Origin: a candidate division WOR_3 bacterium SM23_42
GTDB lineage: Bacteria; Hydrothermota; Tepidihabitantia; SM23-42
Reading direction: 5' to 3'
Length of the DNA stretch: 64,000 nt
NCBI GenBank assembly: GCA_001303785.1
Contig: LJUJ01000010.1
Coordinates: 6,765 to 70,764, forward strand
In this document: positions 38,638 through 48,349 of the stretch, one piece after another
Numbering within the stretch: position 1 is the stretch's first letter
Layout of the letters: each line of letters starts with the position of its first letter
The notes under the pieces: generated by a model
Seen by the model: the letters and a program-made list of their open reading frames with translations, nothing else
Told to the model about the DNA's origin: nothing
Database searches by the model: none
Made by a program: the position numbers and the translations under genes

Positions 38638-38690
38638 AGTCAACAAAGTATAGCCCTTCCAGGAGGATCTACGACAGGTTGGATCTGTTA
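38638..38690 (+). repeat. Dispersed 53-bp intergenic repeat, copy 2
   Basis: AGTCAACAAAGTATAGCCCTTCCAGGAGGATCTACGACAGGTTGGATCTGTTA. Confidence 0.8.
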
Positions 38691-38743
38691 ATAAATGACT
38701 CAGTGACGCAATGACATAATGACCATAGTCTCTAGTGTTGTGG

Positions 38744-38771
38744 TTGACAAGGCGTGGCGGTTTATTATAAT
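38744..38771 (+). promoter_or_regulatory. sigma70-type promoter TTGACA-N16-TATAAT
   Basis: Perfect hexamers; preceded by TGAC octamer array 38696-38727. Confidence 0.78.
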
Positions 38772-38795
38772 GCCTAAACACACAACGGTTGATTA

Positions 38796-39530
38796 GTGAT
38801 TCAAAGATTCGAAGAAATATCAATGAACGCATGGCCGGCGTTGCAGACATCGCTCTACGACGGGTGGGTTCTTAGATTTGCCAACGGTTATACCCGAAGA
38901 GCGAATTCAATCAATCCGATTTATTCTTCAACTATTGATGTGAAGGAAAAGATCAAATACTGCCGTAGACTATATGATTCCAGGAAGTTGCCGACGATGT
39001 TCAAGCTAACTAAAGCAGTCTATCCTACAGATTTGGACCATATTCTTGAGGCGAATGGGTTTTCCTTCGCAGCCGAAACATCAGTGCAGATAATTGACTT
39101 GGGTCGGGTCGATGCCAGAAAAGATAGCTTGATTGAGACGAGTCACGCTGTTGACGACAGGTGGCTTGATAGCTTCTTCCGTATGAGCAAAGCGGAGATA
39201 AGACACAAGGATACATTGAGGTCAATGCTCGAGAATATCATCCAACCGCGGTGCCTTGCTAGTATCGAGAATGGGGATTCAATGGTTGCTTGCGGTTTAG
39301 GGGTCATACAAGAAAAAACAGTAGGTCTTTTTGACATAATCGTTGATGAAGACTTCCGAGGTAAAGGGTTGGGTAGAAGAATTCTTGATGGTCTATTGTC
39401 CTGGGCAAAAATTAATGGTGCAGAATCGGCATACTTACAAGTGATGGTCGATAACAAGGATGCATTTGCGCTATATCAAAAATTGGGTTTCACCGAGCTT
39501 TACCGGTACTGGTACCGCGTGAAGGAATAA
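38796..39530 (+). CDS. GNAT-family N-acetyltransferase
   Basis: NAWPAL..YDGWVLRFANGYTRRANS; FRGKGLG; AYLQV..N..A..LY.KLGF. Confidence 0.9.
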   Translation: MIQRFEEISMNAWPALQTSLYDGWVLRFANGYTRRANSINPIYSSTIDVKEKIKYCRRLYDSRKLPTMFKLTKAVYPTDLDHILEANGFSFAAETSVQIIDLGRVDARKDSLIETSHAVDDRWLDSFFRMSKAEIRHKDTLRSMLENIIQPRCLASIENGDSMVACGLGVIQEKTVGLFDIIVDEDFRGKGLGRRILDGLLSWAKINGAESAYLQVMVDNKDAFALYQKLGFTELYRYWYRVKE

Positions 39531-39534
39531 TATT

Positions 39535-40659
39535 TTACCCGCGGAGTAGTTTTTCGTACTGAGCACAAGTACCTGTCCAGATAATTTCCCTTATCACGCG
39601 CTCCGTTGTTTTACCTACACCCTTGATATCCCGGATGTTTTTCACGGTGGAGATAGACGACTTGAGTTTGCTGATCGAATAGGCCGCGTAGCCGTAAGGA
39701 GACTTGGCACCTTTTAGCCGGAGAAGGTAATCCAGCTGTTCTAGAATAACAATTACCAGATCGTTTTCGTCCAAGATATCATGGAACAGAGATACCGGAA
39801 TGCGTTTTGGTATTCTATACTGAGTAGCAACTTCGTCGAATATCCGGGATATTGATTTGTAATAATCAGAAACGGCCTGGCCCCATTTGTCCGCCTGATA
39901 GATCATTGCGTATTCGGGAGGCAATTGCGGATAGTGTTTTTTAAGGACTTTTAGGAAATAATCTTGTTGACGCCCTTGCTTTAATGTCATACCTCCGAAA
40001 ATTACGAAATCAACACCAAGCTCCCTTGCTTTTTTAACAACATCCTCGATTAGAGTATGAGTGTCGGTCACAAAGGGAATAACCGGGAGCAGAAATATTC
40101 CGCAAGCAATGCCTTTTTCTTTGAAAAAAGCGAGGGTGTTCAAGCGGCTGCTCGGCGGCGGTACGCGGGGTTCAAAAATGCCGCTTATTTCGTCGTCGAT
40201 CGAGGATATGCTGAAACTGACAATCGCCCGTCTTCTATCATTGACCCGCTGTATTAAATCGATATCTCTCTCTACTAATACTGATTTCGTGAGGATGTGT
40301 ACGGGAAACCCATGATTGTGTATTACCATGAGTGCCTGCCGAGTCAATCCGTATTTCTTTTCGACGGGCTGATAGCTGTCACCCACGCCACCACCGAGCA
40401 TGATAAAACCCTGCTTTGGGTTTTTGCGTTTTCCTTTCGGATCTAGCTCGCGACGCAGGAGGTCAATTGCATTGATTTTCACGACAATGTCTCTACCAAA
40501 CTCGCCATCAACATAGTATCCTTCGGCGCGGCCGTCGCAATAGACGCAGTTATGAGTGCAACCCCGGTACAGGTTCATGCCGTATTGCGACACGAACCAG
40601 GAATCGACTTTCCTATGCTTACGGAGCAGGGTTTTGGCTTCGATCTCTCTGACAGACAT
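39535..40659 (-). CDS. Radical SAM protein (SplB/Rv2578c-like) with C-terminal helix-hairpin-helix
   Basis: NLYRGCTHNCVYCD CxxxCxxC; DSYQPVE; ILTKS; C-terminal IKGVGKT. Confidence 0.88.
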   Translation of the reverse strand: MSVREIEAKTLLRKHRKVDSWFVSQYGMNLYRGCTHNCVYCDGRAEGYYVDGEFGRDIVVKINAIDLLRRELDPKGKRKNPKQGFIMLGGGVGDSYQPVEKKYGLTRQALMVIHNHGFPVHILTKSVLVERDIDLIQRVNDRRRAIVSFSISSIDDEISGIFEPRVPPPSSRLNTLAFFKEKGIACGIFLLPVIPFVTDTHTLIEDVVKKARELGVDFVIFGGMTLKQGRQQDYFLKVLKKHYPQLPPEYAMIYQADKWGQAVSDYYKSISRIFDEVATQYRIPKRIPVSLFHDILDENDLVIVILEQLDYLLRLKGAKSPYGYAAYSISKLKSSISTVKNIRDIKGVGKTTERVIREIIWTGTCAQYEKLLRG

Positions 40660-40671
40660 TCCTGTTGTGGC

Positions 40672-41226
40672 TTATTGGTTCAGTGTTACATTCTCTACGG
40701 AGTTGCCCTGACGCTTGTCCCGTGCTTTCGTATCCTCATAATAGATCTTCTGCATCAGATGCACGTCTAACAAACGACCGAATTTGCGCCCCACTTCTCG
40801 CATCACACCAATATGCTGGAAGCCTAATGATTTGTGAAGATGGACGCTGATCTCATTACCCTCGGCGATGCGTGCGACTATTGTGTGGAGACCGACTTCC
40901 TTGCCCTTTTCAACAAGATACTCAAGAAGTCTTCTGCCAATGCCTCGTCCTTGATGTTCTTCCTTTACGTACAAAGAGACCTCTGCAGCATCCGCGTAGG
41001 CGCAACGTTCAGACCATTCACTGAGTGCCGCCCACCCCACTATGACGTCTTTCTCTTCAGCAACTATTATGGGATTCTTTGCCCCGTGTCGCATGAACCA
41101 TGTTTCTTGCTCCGCCAGTGTCTTAGGTTCGGTATCGAATGTTGCCAGGGTTTTCAAAATTGCTTCATTATATATATCGGTGATTCCTGGCAAATCATCG
41201 AGAGTAGCTTCTCCAATTTTTATCAT
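40672..41226 (-). CDS. GNAT-family N-acetyltransferase (phosphinothricin/MnaT-like)
   Basis: IYNEAI...ATFDTEP; QGRGIG; N..S..LH..LGF..G...EVGRKFGRLLDV. Confidence 0.92.
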   Translation of the reverse strand: MIKIGEATLDDLPGITDIYNEAILKTLATFDTEPKTLAEQETWFMRHGAKNPIIVAEEKDVIVGWAALSEWSERCAYADAAEVSLYVKEEHQGRGIGRRLLEYLVEKGKEVGLHTIVARIAEGNEISVHLHKSLGFQHIGVMREVGRKFGRLLDVHLMQKIYYEDTKARDKRQGNSVENVTLNQ

Positions 41227-41392
41227 TTCTCAATGCACCAGCAACCATAATGAATCATGATCGGTCCTGTTTTGTTCACGGGTAAAATATATGCCACAGA
41301 GGTTTTTTGTCAATAGTAGTACCTACTGCGACGTTTTTCGTGTGGCGGTTTCGAAGCACATTACGATTTCGTATACTGTGTCGATGAAATCA

Positions 41393-41420
41393 TTGACACG
41401 TGGCTAATTAATCCTATAAT
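41393..41420 (+). promoter_or_regulatory. sigma70-type promoter TTGACA-N16-TATAAT
   Basis: Perfect hexamers; divergent TTGACA-N16-TATATT at 41286-41313 (-). Confidence 0.78.
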
Positions 41421-41468
41421 GAGCAAACGATAAATTTCGATTTTCAATGATCCACCAGGAGGTGAAAG

Positions 41469-42971
41469 GTGCGGAGAATTATATGTTGTATCGCTGTAGT
41501 AGTGATTTCTCTACTTAGTGCCCAGACCACCATCTGGTCTTATCACGCGACGGGCAGCACCTATAGCCATATCAGATCAATAAAGACCCTTCCCGACGTT
41601 GATGATGATTTGCATGAGGACGTAATTGCGGTCTCCGAGAATGATACGCTTTATTGCTTGTCGGGTACCTCGGGCATACCGATATGGCGCTTCGCGGCGG
41701 ACCCTTGTTTTGCAGAACGCGGTCTTATCTCTGTGCCTGACCTGAATGGCGACTCGCTTGCCGACGTGATACTTGGAACCATATGGGGTACCCGTTCGGT
41801 TTTTGCCATCTCCGGCGCTGACGGCAGCGTACTCTGGCAGTATGACACACATGAGTACGGAGATGGAGGTTGGATATACGAAGTGGCGGAAATGCCCGAC
41901 GTGAATGGTGATTCGGTAGTCGACATACTGGCATCGTCCGGCGGCCCCGACGCACTGCGTGCCTATCTCTTCGATGGTGTAACCGGTAGCAAAATATGGG
42001 AATACAATACAGGATACGCTTGTTTTGCGGTGCGTGCGATTGGAGATATTTCCGGGGATACGATACAGGATGTTGCGGTGTCAACTGGTGATAGCGATCC
42101 AAGTACCAACCGGGTATTCTTCATTGATGGCGCGACTGGTTTCTTGATACGTGATATATTGTTACCTTCAACCGGTGTGAGCGTTGTGCCAATCGGCGAT
42201 ATTTCAGGTGATGCGATACCGGACATCGCCTGTGGGACGGCAAATTATGTAATCCTCGGTCTATCCGGATCAGGTGATTCAGTGTTGTGGACGTGCAACG
42301 TGGGCGGCACGGTTGTTGACTTGAACGTTTTGCCTGATGTCGATGCTAACGGGTATATGGAATTACTACCTTCAGGTACCAACATGTATAATTTCTATTG
42401 TATTGATGCTCTTGGTGGCAACACTAACTGGGCCACTCCAGCCGTCGATCAGATCTTCGTGAACGTTGCAATTCCAGACATCAGCGGCGACAGTATCTGG
42501 GATGTCGTTGGCGGTACCGGCTTTGGTAATGGAGTATTGTATACACTGGATGGTAGTTCCGGAACAATATTCTGGCAGCTTGCAATGGCCAGCCCCGTGG
42601 AATCTGCATTTTGGATTGAGGATGTCAGTGGTAATGATATCCCTGATATCCTCGTGGGTTTGCGGAACGGCTGGATATATGCTATCAGTGATGGCGATGT
42701 CGGTCTTCACGAAGGCAACGTTACAACCGTGGGTTTCAAGTCGCTGATGAGTCGTTTCGGGCGCTTGGAGCTGATACATAACCTGTCGAGCGGCTCAAAA
42801 ATGCGGGTTGAAATTTATTCGACTCTCGGCCAGAAAGTAATGGACGTTTCCCTCGTGGCAGATAGAAACCTAATTTCCGTTGATGCACGGAGTTTACCTT
42901 CCGGGGTCTATTTCGGCAGAATTTCTAGTGAGGAATCCGGGGAAAATGTTAAGTTTGTAATACTCAACTGA
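41469..42971 (+). CDS. PQQ-like/FG-GAP beta-propeller protein with CTD
   Basis: SD AGGAGG, GTG start; PDxxGDxxxDV and DGxxGxxxW repeats; LPSGVYF...KFVILN. Confidence 0.85.
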   Translation: MRRIICCIAVVVISLLSAQTTIWSYHATGSTYSHIRSIKTLPDVDDDLHEDVIAVSENDTLYCLSGTSGIPIWRFAADPCFAERGLISVPDLNGDSLADVILGTIWGTRSVFAISGADGSVLWQYDTHEYGDGGWIYEVAEMPDVNGDSVVDILASSGGPDALRAYLFDGVTGSKIWEYNTGYACFAVRAIGDISGDTIQDVAVSTGDSDPSTNRVFFIDGATGFLIRDILLPSTGVSVVPIGDISGDAIPDIACGTANYVILGLSGSGDSVLWTCNVGGTVVDLNVLPDVDANGYMELLPSGTNMYNFYCIDALGGNTNWATPAVDQIFVNVAIPDISGDSIWDVVGGTGFGNGVLYTLDGSSGTIFWQLAMASPVESAFWIEDVSGNDIPDILVGLRNGWIYAISDGDVGLHEGNVTTVGFKSLMSRFGRLELIHNLSSGSKMRVEIYSTLGQKVMDVSLVADRNLISVDARSLPSGVYFGRISSEESGENVKFVILN

Positions 42972-43024
42972 TCTGGAGTTTTTGTTTGGTCGATCAGCAG
43001 TATTCCTGAGTAATTGGAGGATTC

Positions 43025-44251
43025 ATGCGAAGGTCGATTTTCATTGTCATTATTCTGACCGCGTCATTTATCTGGGCAGATGTTTTTACCGAATTGAATA
43101 CCGCCCGCATCGCCTATTTCAACGAGCAGGATTACGAACGCGCACGCGCGGCATGTTTGCGGGGAATTGAATTGGCGGCGGGCCATTTTGAGTTGCATGT
43201 GATACTCGGTGGTTCAGAGATGGGCCTGGCGAATTGGCAGGCCGCAGCCTCAGCTTTCGAAAAGGCTTTTGAAATCGACACCTCTAAGACGATAGAATGG
43301 ATTGTCAATCAAAAAGAAGGGGGTATGTATTATTTCCAGGCCTTCTACTTCTCTGCACGCGAGCTGTTTGAACAGGCTGAATATGCTGAAGCCCTGAACT
43401 ATCTGAATTACGACCAGTTGTTTGACATTGAAGACATCAACATTCATGTTCTGAAGGGAGCAATTTTGTGTAGGTTGGAAAGATTCGAAGAGTCGAACAA
43501 TGAATATATGAAGGTTCTCAAGCTTGCTCCGGATGACCCTGACGTCAATTTTCTGATCGGAAAGGCACGTTTTGATGGAGGAGACTTTGAGGGCTGTCAA
43601 GCCTTTTTTTCAACGGCGATAAAATACTACAAGATTAAGTATGACCGATTGGGTAGAATCATTTTTCAGAACATGTTTGAGGTTGATAGTCTATTGGCAC
43701 AGCAGGTTGTGGTTTTGTGGGTGCGCGGAGAAATGGAAGAGTTGGATCGATTGTTCAAGGGAACGCTGGGTTTCCACGAAGGCCTGGCCGTACAGAAGGC
43801 AAACGTTGAGAAATTTACAGCGGCGGCAGATGATTTAGGACGCGCTTACTACTATTCCGCCGTTACGCAATATAACTCTGGGAACGACACACTTGCCCTA
43901 GAAGATATGATTCTTAGCGTGAGGTACAAACCAGATGATCTCGATGCCTTATATTACGCCGGTGAGATTAGTGTGAAACTCAAGCAATATGATGCTGCAG
44001 TAACTTATTTAGAAAGATTAACCGAACAGAGCCCAGCCGATAAGTACGCATTGTTTCACCTCGGGGTTTGCTACACCGAAACAGGGCGGTACAGTAAAGC
44101 AATAGAAGTCTATGAGAATAGAATACTCAAGATCGATCCGGATAATGTTGATGTGATGAACAATCTAGCATATGTTTACCGAGAGATTGGCGATAGTGAC
44201 AAGGCGCTATTCTGGCTAATGCGTGTCGAAGAGGTGCAGAAGAAAAATTGA
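43025..44251 (+). CDS. Tetratricopeptide-repeat protein with signal peptide
   Basis: SD GGAGG; TPR motifs e.g. ALFHLGVCY..GRYSKAIEVYE, DPDNVDVMNNLAYVY. Confidence 0.87.
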   Translation: MRRSIFIVIILTASFIWADVFTELNTARIAYFNEQDYERARAACLRGIELAAGHFELHVILGGSEMGLANWQAAASAFEKAFEIDTSKTIEWIVNQKEGGMYYFQAFYFSARELFEQAEYAEALNYLNYDQLFDIEDINIHVLKGAILCRLERFEESNNEYMKVLKLAPDDPDVNFLIGKARFDGGDFEGCQAFFSTAIKYYKIKYDRLGRIIFQNMFEVDSLLAQQVVVLWVRGEMEELDRLFKGTLGFHEGLAVQKANVEKFTAAADDLGRAYYYSAVTQYNSGNDTLALEDMILSVRYKPDDLDALYYAGEISVKLKQYDAAVTYLERLTEQSPADKYALFHLGVCYTETGRYSKAIEVYENRILKIDPDNVDVMNNLAYVYREIGDSDKALFWLMRVEEVQKKN

Positions 44252-44256
44252 CCCGA

Positions 44257-45918
44257 CTATTGATTTTCGAATCGGAAATTCTTATCTCTGAATAACTTCA
44301 GACAAACATCGACGACGTCGGCGTCATAAATGACGCCTTTGTTTTTGGAAATTTCCTCCAGCGTATATTCAAGACTGTAGGCAGGTCGATAAGGGCGATG
44401 GGAAGAGATTGCTTCAACAACATCGGCCACGGCCAGTAGTCTTGCGGCCAGTAAGATATTCTTTTCGCTTAAGCCTTGAGGGTAGCCCGAGCCGTCAATC
44501 CGCTCGTGATGCTGGAGTACGATTTCCGCAATCGGCCAGGGGAACTCAATGGTTTTCAGGATATCGCTCGCAACGCGCGGGTGGGTTTTGATGATCGTAA
44601 ATTCGGCATCACTGAGGCGAGTCGGTTTGCTGAGGATTTCTGATGGCACGGCCAGTTTTCCTATGTCGTGGAGCATGCCGGCTAACCTTATGCCGTTGAT
44701 CTGTTCCTCAGTCAGTCCCATTTCCTTGGCGATTGTGCAGGCGAGCATTGTGACGCGGCGTTGATGATCGGTCGTATACGGGTCTCGCTTGCCAACCGCC
44801 GAGGCGAGGGCATTGACTGTTTGCTCAAATATCTTGCGTAGCTTCTTGTAGCTACGCTGTACTTCTTCCGCAGCCTTTTTCCCCTGGGCACGCGTGTGTA
44901 ACGAAATAATACCGTATGCCAGGTCATCAGCGAGTTCCTTGAGCAGCTTGACTTCTTCCGCATCGAAAACATCAGGTTCGTCTGAATAGATGTTCAAGGA
45001 ACCGAATACGCGGCTATCTTCACTGAGCGGTAGTGCAATCAGAGCGGCATAGCCGCGCTTGATAGCTTCTCCCTGCCACGGTCCCGTGGCCGATGCATTG
45101 GAGAGATTCTTGATTATCGATGGTTTACCCGATAGTATGGCTTGGCTTACTGGTTCACGTTCTTTTTTCGACAGATTTATCTTTATGACATCAAGGTATC
45201 CTCGCTCATAGCCCGCGTAGGCAGCCGGGCGTATGTTCTTATCCTTGTCTTGAGGTACGAGTCCTACCCAGGCAAATTTATAGCCGCCAAGATTCACGAT
45301 TATCTGACATATATCTAACAGAAGCTTCGTTTCCTCAGTGGCCCGCACGAGTATCTGGTCACACTCTCTGACCACTTTAAGGGCACGATTCAGCTTGTTC
45401 AAGAGCTCTTCGGCTTTCTTACGCTCGGTGATATCCCTGATGATGCCCAAGGTGCCCAGAAATCTCTTGTCTGCTTCATCAATTTCCTTATCGTAATGGC
45501 CTGTTGAACTAACATCACCAAAGGCAATAACGGTACCGATTCTTTCATCCATGTCCTTCTTTTTTCTCTTGAGTAACAGTCTTATTTCGAGGTCCTTGGT
45601 TTTCCGAATGCCCGTTCTTCTTTCATCGAAGAGCTTGGGTGCATTGTCATCACCGGTAATCTTTCCCCTGTACCTGGGTAGAATGAAGTTGCGGGCAAAG
45701 AGCTTGACATCATCCGGGTGTACGATTTTGCTGAAATGTTTCCCGATGAGTTCCTCTGGTTCGTAACCTAGACTGCGTACCGAATCGTTGACGAACGTAA
45801 AAACCCCATCCGGGTCAATGCGGTACACAATATCGGGCAATGCCTTGATTATTGCGACGTAGCGCTCGGTCTCTTCTCTTGTTGTGTTCTTGTGATTAGG
45901 TTTGTTTTTTTCATTCAT
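44257..45918 (-). CDS. PAS-GAF-HD-GYP cyclic di-GMP phosphodiesterase
   Basis: RDPYT..HQRRV; LHDIGK; HHERIDGSGYP; HRPYR. Confidence 0.92.
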   Translation of the reverse strand: MNEKNKPNHKNTTREETERYVAIIKALPDIVYRIDPDGVFTFVNDSVRSLGYEPEELIGKHFSKIVHPDDVKLFARNFILPRYRGKITGDDNAPKLFDERRTGIRKTKDLEIRLLLKRKKKDMDERIGTVIAFGDVSSTGHYDKEIDEADKRFLGTLGIIRDITERKKAEELLNKLNRALKVVRECDQILVRATEETKLLLDICQIIVNLGGYKFAWVGLVPQDKDKNIRPAAYAGYERGYLDVIKINLSKKEREPVSQAILSGKPSIIKNLSNASATGPWQGEAIKRGYAALIALPLSEDSRVFGSLNIYSDEPDVFDAEEVKLLKELADDLAYGIISLHTRAQGKKAAEEVQRSYKKLRKIFEQTVNALASAVGKRDPYTTDHQRRVTMLACTIAKEMGLTEEQINGIRLAGMLHDIGKLAVPSEILSKPTRLSDAEFTIIKTHPRVASDILKTIEFPWPIAEIVLQHHERIDGSGYPQGLSEKNILLAARLLAVADVVEAISSHRPYRPAYSLEYTLEEISKNKGVIYDADVVDVCLKLFRDKNFRFENQ

Positions 45919-46134
45919 TTCTCGACCTTACTCATTCATAATGCTTTTTTGTGAATTCAGCCTGTCAAAGGCCGCCAGTGTCGACAGAGGATTCGCATTT
46001 GAATTGTGATTTGAATGCGGCTGCAGATTCTTCTTAATCCTCAGCATGTTTAGGAAAAGTATACACACTTAACAAATGTTGTCAAGAACACGCTTGACGC
46101 CCTACGCTCAACGCTACATGCCCCACGTGTTTTT

Positions 46135-46355
46135 CCTGGTATTCTGATACTCTAATATTCTACTGACTGTTTTTTTGGCATCCTGATCAACTGCCCTCAA
46201 GGGCAGCATATCAGTAAATCAGGATACCAGCATGCAGGATATCAGCACACCAGCGTATCAGGGCATGCTCTACGCATGAAGTCTTACGCTTTTTGTCTGA
46301 TAGTCTGATGTCCTGATGCTCTGCCCGCTGATCTTCTGATATTCCGATCCGCTGT
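46135..46355. repeat. CTGATnnn/ATCAG octamer low-complexity repeats in alternating orientation
   Basis: CTGGTATT CTGATACT CTAATATT (+); ATCAG series 46210-46262; CTGATAGT CTGATGTC CTGATGCT (+); hairpin CTGCCC-TCAA-GGGCAG 46191-46206. Confidence 0.7.
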
Positions 46356-46380
46356 ATCGTATCAGTAGGTACTGGCTTTC

Positions 46381-46408
46381 TTGACATGCAGTATAAATAA
46401 TCTATAAT
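46381..46408 (+). promoter_or_regulatory. sigma70-type promoter TTGACA-N16-TATAAT
   Basis: Perfect hexamers followed by AGGAGG and ATG. Confidence 0.8.
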
Positions 46409-46422
46409 TATGTATAGGAGGC

Positions 46423-46722
46423 ATGATGGCGACATATATCTTGGTCACGAAGCTTTCTCCAGAGTTGACTAAGGATCTTAAGAGACGAGCCGAGATTGGC
46501 CGCAAGTGGATGGAGCGTGTAAAAAAGGATTGTCCCAAGGTAAAATTCCTGGGTCACTATGCGCTCCTGGGTCCCTACGACTTCCTAGATATCTATGAAG
46601 CTCCCGATGAAGAGACGGCAGCCAGGGTTTCGATGATCAGCCTGTCCGGCGGTGCAACATCCGCTGAGTCTTGGACTGCGATTCCATACAAGAAATTTCT
46701 AGAATTGATTAAGGACCTGTAG
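46423..46722 (+). CDS. GYD-domain protein
   Basis: MATYILVTKL...YALLGPYDFLDIYEAPDEETA. Confidence 0.88.
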   Translation: MMATYILVTKLSPELTKDLKRRAEIGRKWMERVKKDCPKVKFLGHYALLGPYDFLDIYEAPDEETAARVSMISLSGGATSAESWTAIPYKKFLELIKDL

Positions 46723-46766
46723 CATCTGTATTTGCGTACAGACGTCTGTATCTGGAGTTATGGGGG

Positions 46767-47408
46767 CTATGGTTTTTTGAATAGCTTGGAGAACCAACCG
46801 TCCTCTTTTGGTCCTACTCCTCTGTCGGGTTTTGGCGCTTCTTTTTTTGCTTCTGTTTTCTCTGCTACTCGGGATACAACTTTGACAAGTCCCGAGGAGA
46901 TCATACCGTAGAAAACCTTCGCGGTCTCAAATTCAGGAATATTAGATTTTTGAGCAATCTGTTTGATAGTTGAAGTGCCGTCGACAAAAGATAGCACTTT
47001 CCATTCGCGGGGATTCAATTGTATCTTCTCGACCCCGGTTTGGGGAACTTCCATTATTTCAACGATGACATCAAAGGAAGGAATCAGCTTCTGAATTCTT
47101 TTGAGCTCATCTATGCGGCGCGCGGCTTCTAATATTACCTGTTGAATCGGCAAATCGACGGTACGCTGATCCGTTTCCTCACCGGGATTGAATGTGAACT
47201 TACCCTTCTTCCAGCCGAGTATGGTATCGATGGCAGGTTCGCCTTGAATCGTGTTCGTTTGAGCGTGGGCCACCATGCCATTCTTGAAATATACGATCCC
47301 GACATCATCTGCAGTCTGCAGTCTCAATATGCCGTCTTTCTGCCCCAGCTGTATTAACTGGAAAACGTCGGTTATTTCAAAATCTTGGAGATCGCCGGCG
47401 AGCGACAT
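46767..47408 (-). CDS. DUF4388-domain protein
   Basis: LAGDLQDFEITDVFQLI..KDGIL...GIVYFKNGMVAHA...W.KGKFTF. Confidence 0.88.
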   Translation of the reverse strand: MSLAGDLQDFEITDVFQLIQLGQKDGILRLQTADDVGIVYFKNGMVAHAQTNTIQGEPAIDTILGWKKGKFTFNPGEETDQRTVDLPIQQVILEAARRIDELKRIQKLIPSFDVIVEIMEVPQTGVEKIQLNPREWKVLSFVDGTSTIKQIAQKSNIPEFETAKVFYGMISSGLVKVVSRVAEKTEAKKEAPKPDRGVGPKEDGWFSKLFKKP

Positions 47409-48349
47409 TAGCTCTTATAGACCCCCATGGCTCTGAATTTCTGAATGCGTGCGTCGATTAGTTCAGAAATCGGCACGGCCACGAGTTCGTCCATATTCTT
47501 CATAATTGCAGATTTGATATTCCGGGCGGTCGTTTCATAGTCCATGTGTGCACCACCGACTGGCTCGGGGATAATTCCATCAACGATTTGCATTTGCTGC
47601 ATGTCCTGAGCCGTTATCCTTAGTGCTTCGGCTGCCTCCTTGTTTCTCGTCGCATCGCGCCAGAGAATCGACGCACAGCCCTCAGGCGTGATTACTGAAT
47701 ATGTCGCATTTTCCATTATCAGAATACGGTCGCCTATGGCTATGGCCAGAGCCCCACCTGAACCACCTTCACCGAGGATTATAACGAGAATCGGCGTGGG
47801 CAGCGTGGAACATTCAAATAGATTGGTGGCGATCGCCTCGGCCTGTCCTCTTTCCTCGGCACCTACCCCAGGATATGCACCGGGCGTATCGACCATGGTC
47901 ACGACCGGCAGGCCAAACTTTGCAGCTAGTTTCATGACTCTCAGAGCCTTACGGTAACCCTCAGGATGGGGCATGCCAAAATTCCGCTTGATTTTTTCTT
48001 TAGTATCCCGACCTTTCTGATGGCCAACGATTGCTAAACGGTGTTGTTCAATTTTGCAGATGCCCGAGACGATTGCGTAGTCATCTGCGAAGCGTCGGTC
48101 GCCGTGTAGTTCAACAAAATCCTCGGTGATGAGTTCTATGATGTCCAGAGGGTAAGGTCTTCTCGGATGGCGCGCGAGTTGGACGCGTTGCCATCGCGTC
48201 AGGTTTGAGTAAATACTCTTTTTCAGCTTTTCTGCTTGGGCCTTGAGGCGTTTGATCTCTTCGTCGACACCCTTCAAGCCTTTTAGTTCACCGATTTTCT
48301 TTTCGAGTTCGACAATCGGTCTTTCGAAATCAAGCCAGATTCCGTTCAC
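47408..48349 (-). CDS. accA: Acetyl-CoA carboxylase carboxyltransferase alpha subunit
   Basis: LDFERPI; RHPRRP; FGMPHPEGYRKALR; DTPGAYPGVGAEERGQ; GEGGSGGALA. Confidence 0.97.
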   Translation of the reverse strand: MNGIWLDFERPIVELEKKIGELKGLKGVDEEIKRLKAQAEKLKKSIYSNLTRWQRVQLARHPRRPYPLDIIELITEDFVELHGDRRFADDYAIVSGICKIEQHRLAIVGHQKGRDTKEKIKRNFGMPHPEGYRKALRVMKLAAKFGLPVVTMVDTPGAYPGVGAEERGQAEAIATNLFECSTLPTPILVIILGEGGSGGALAIAIGDRILIMENATYSVITPEGCASILWRDATRNKEAAEALRITAQDMQQMQIVDGIIPEPVGGAHMDYETTARNIKSAIMKNMDELVAVPISELIDARIQKFRAMGVYKS

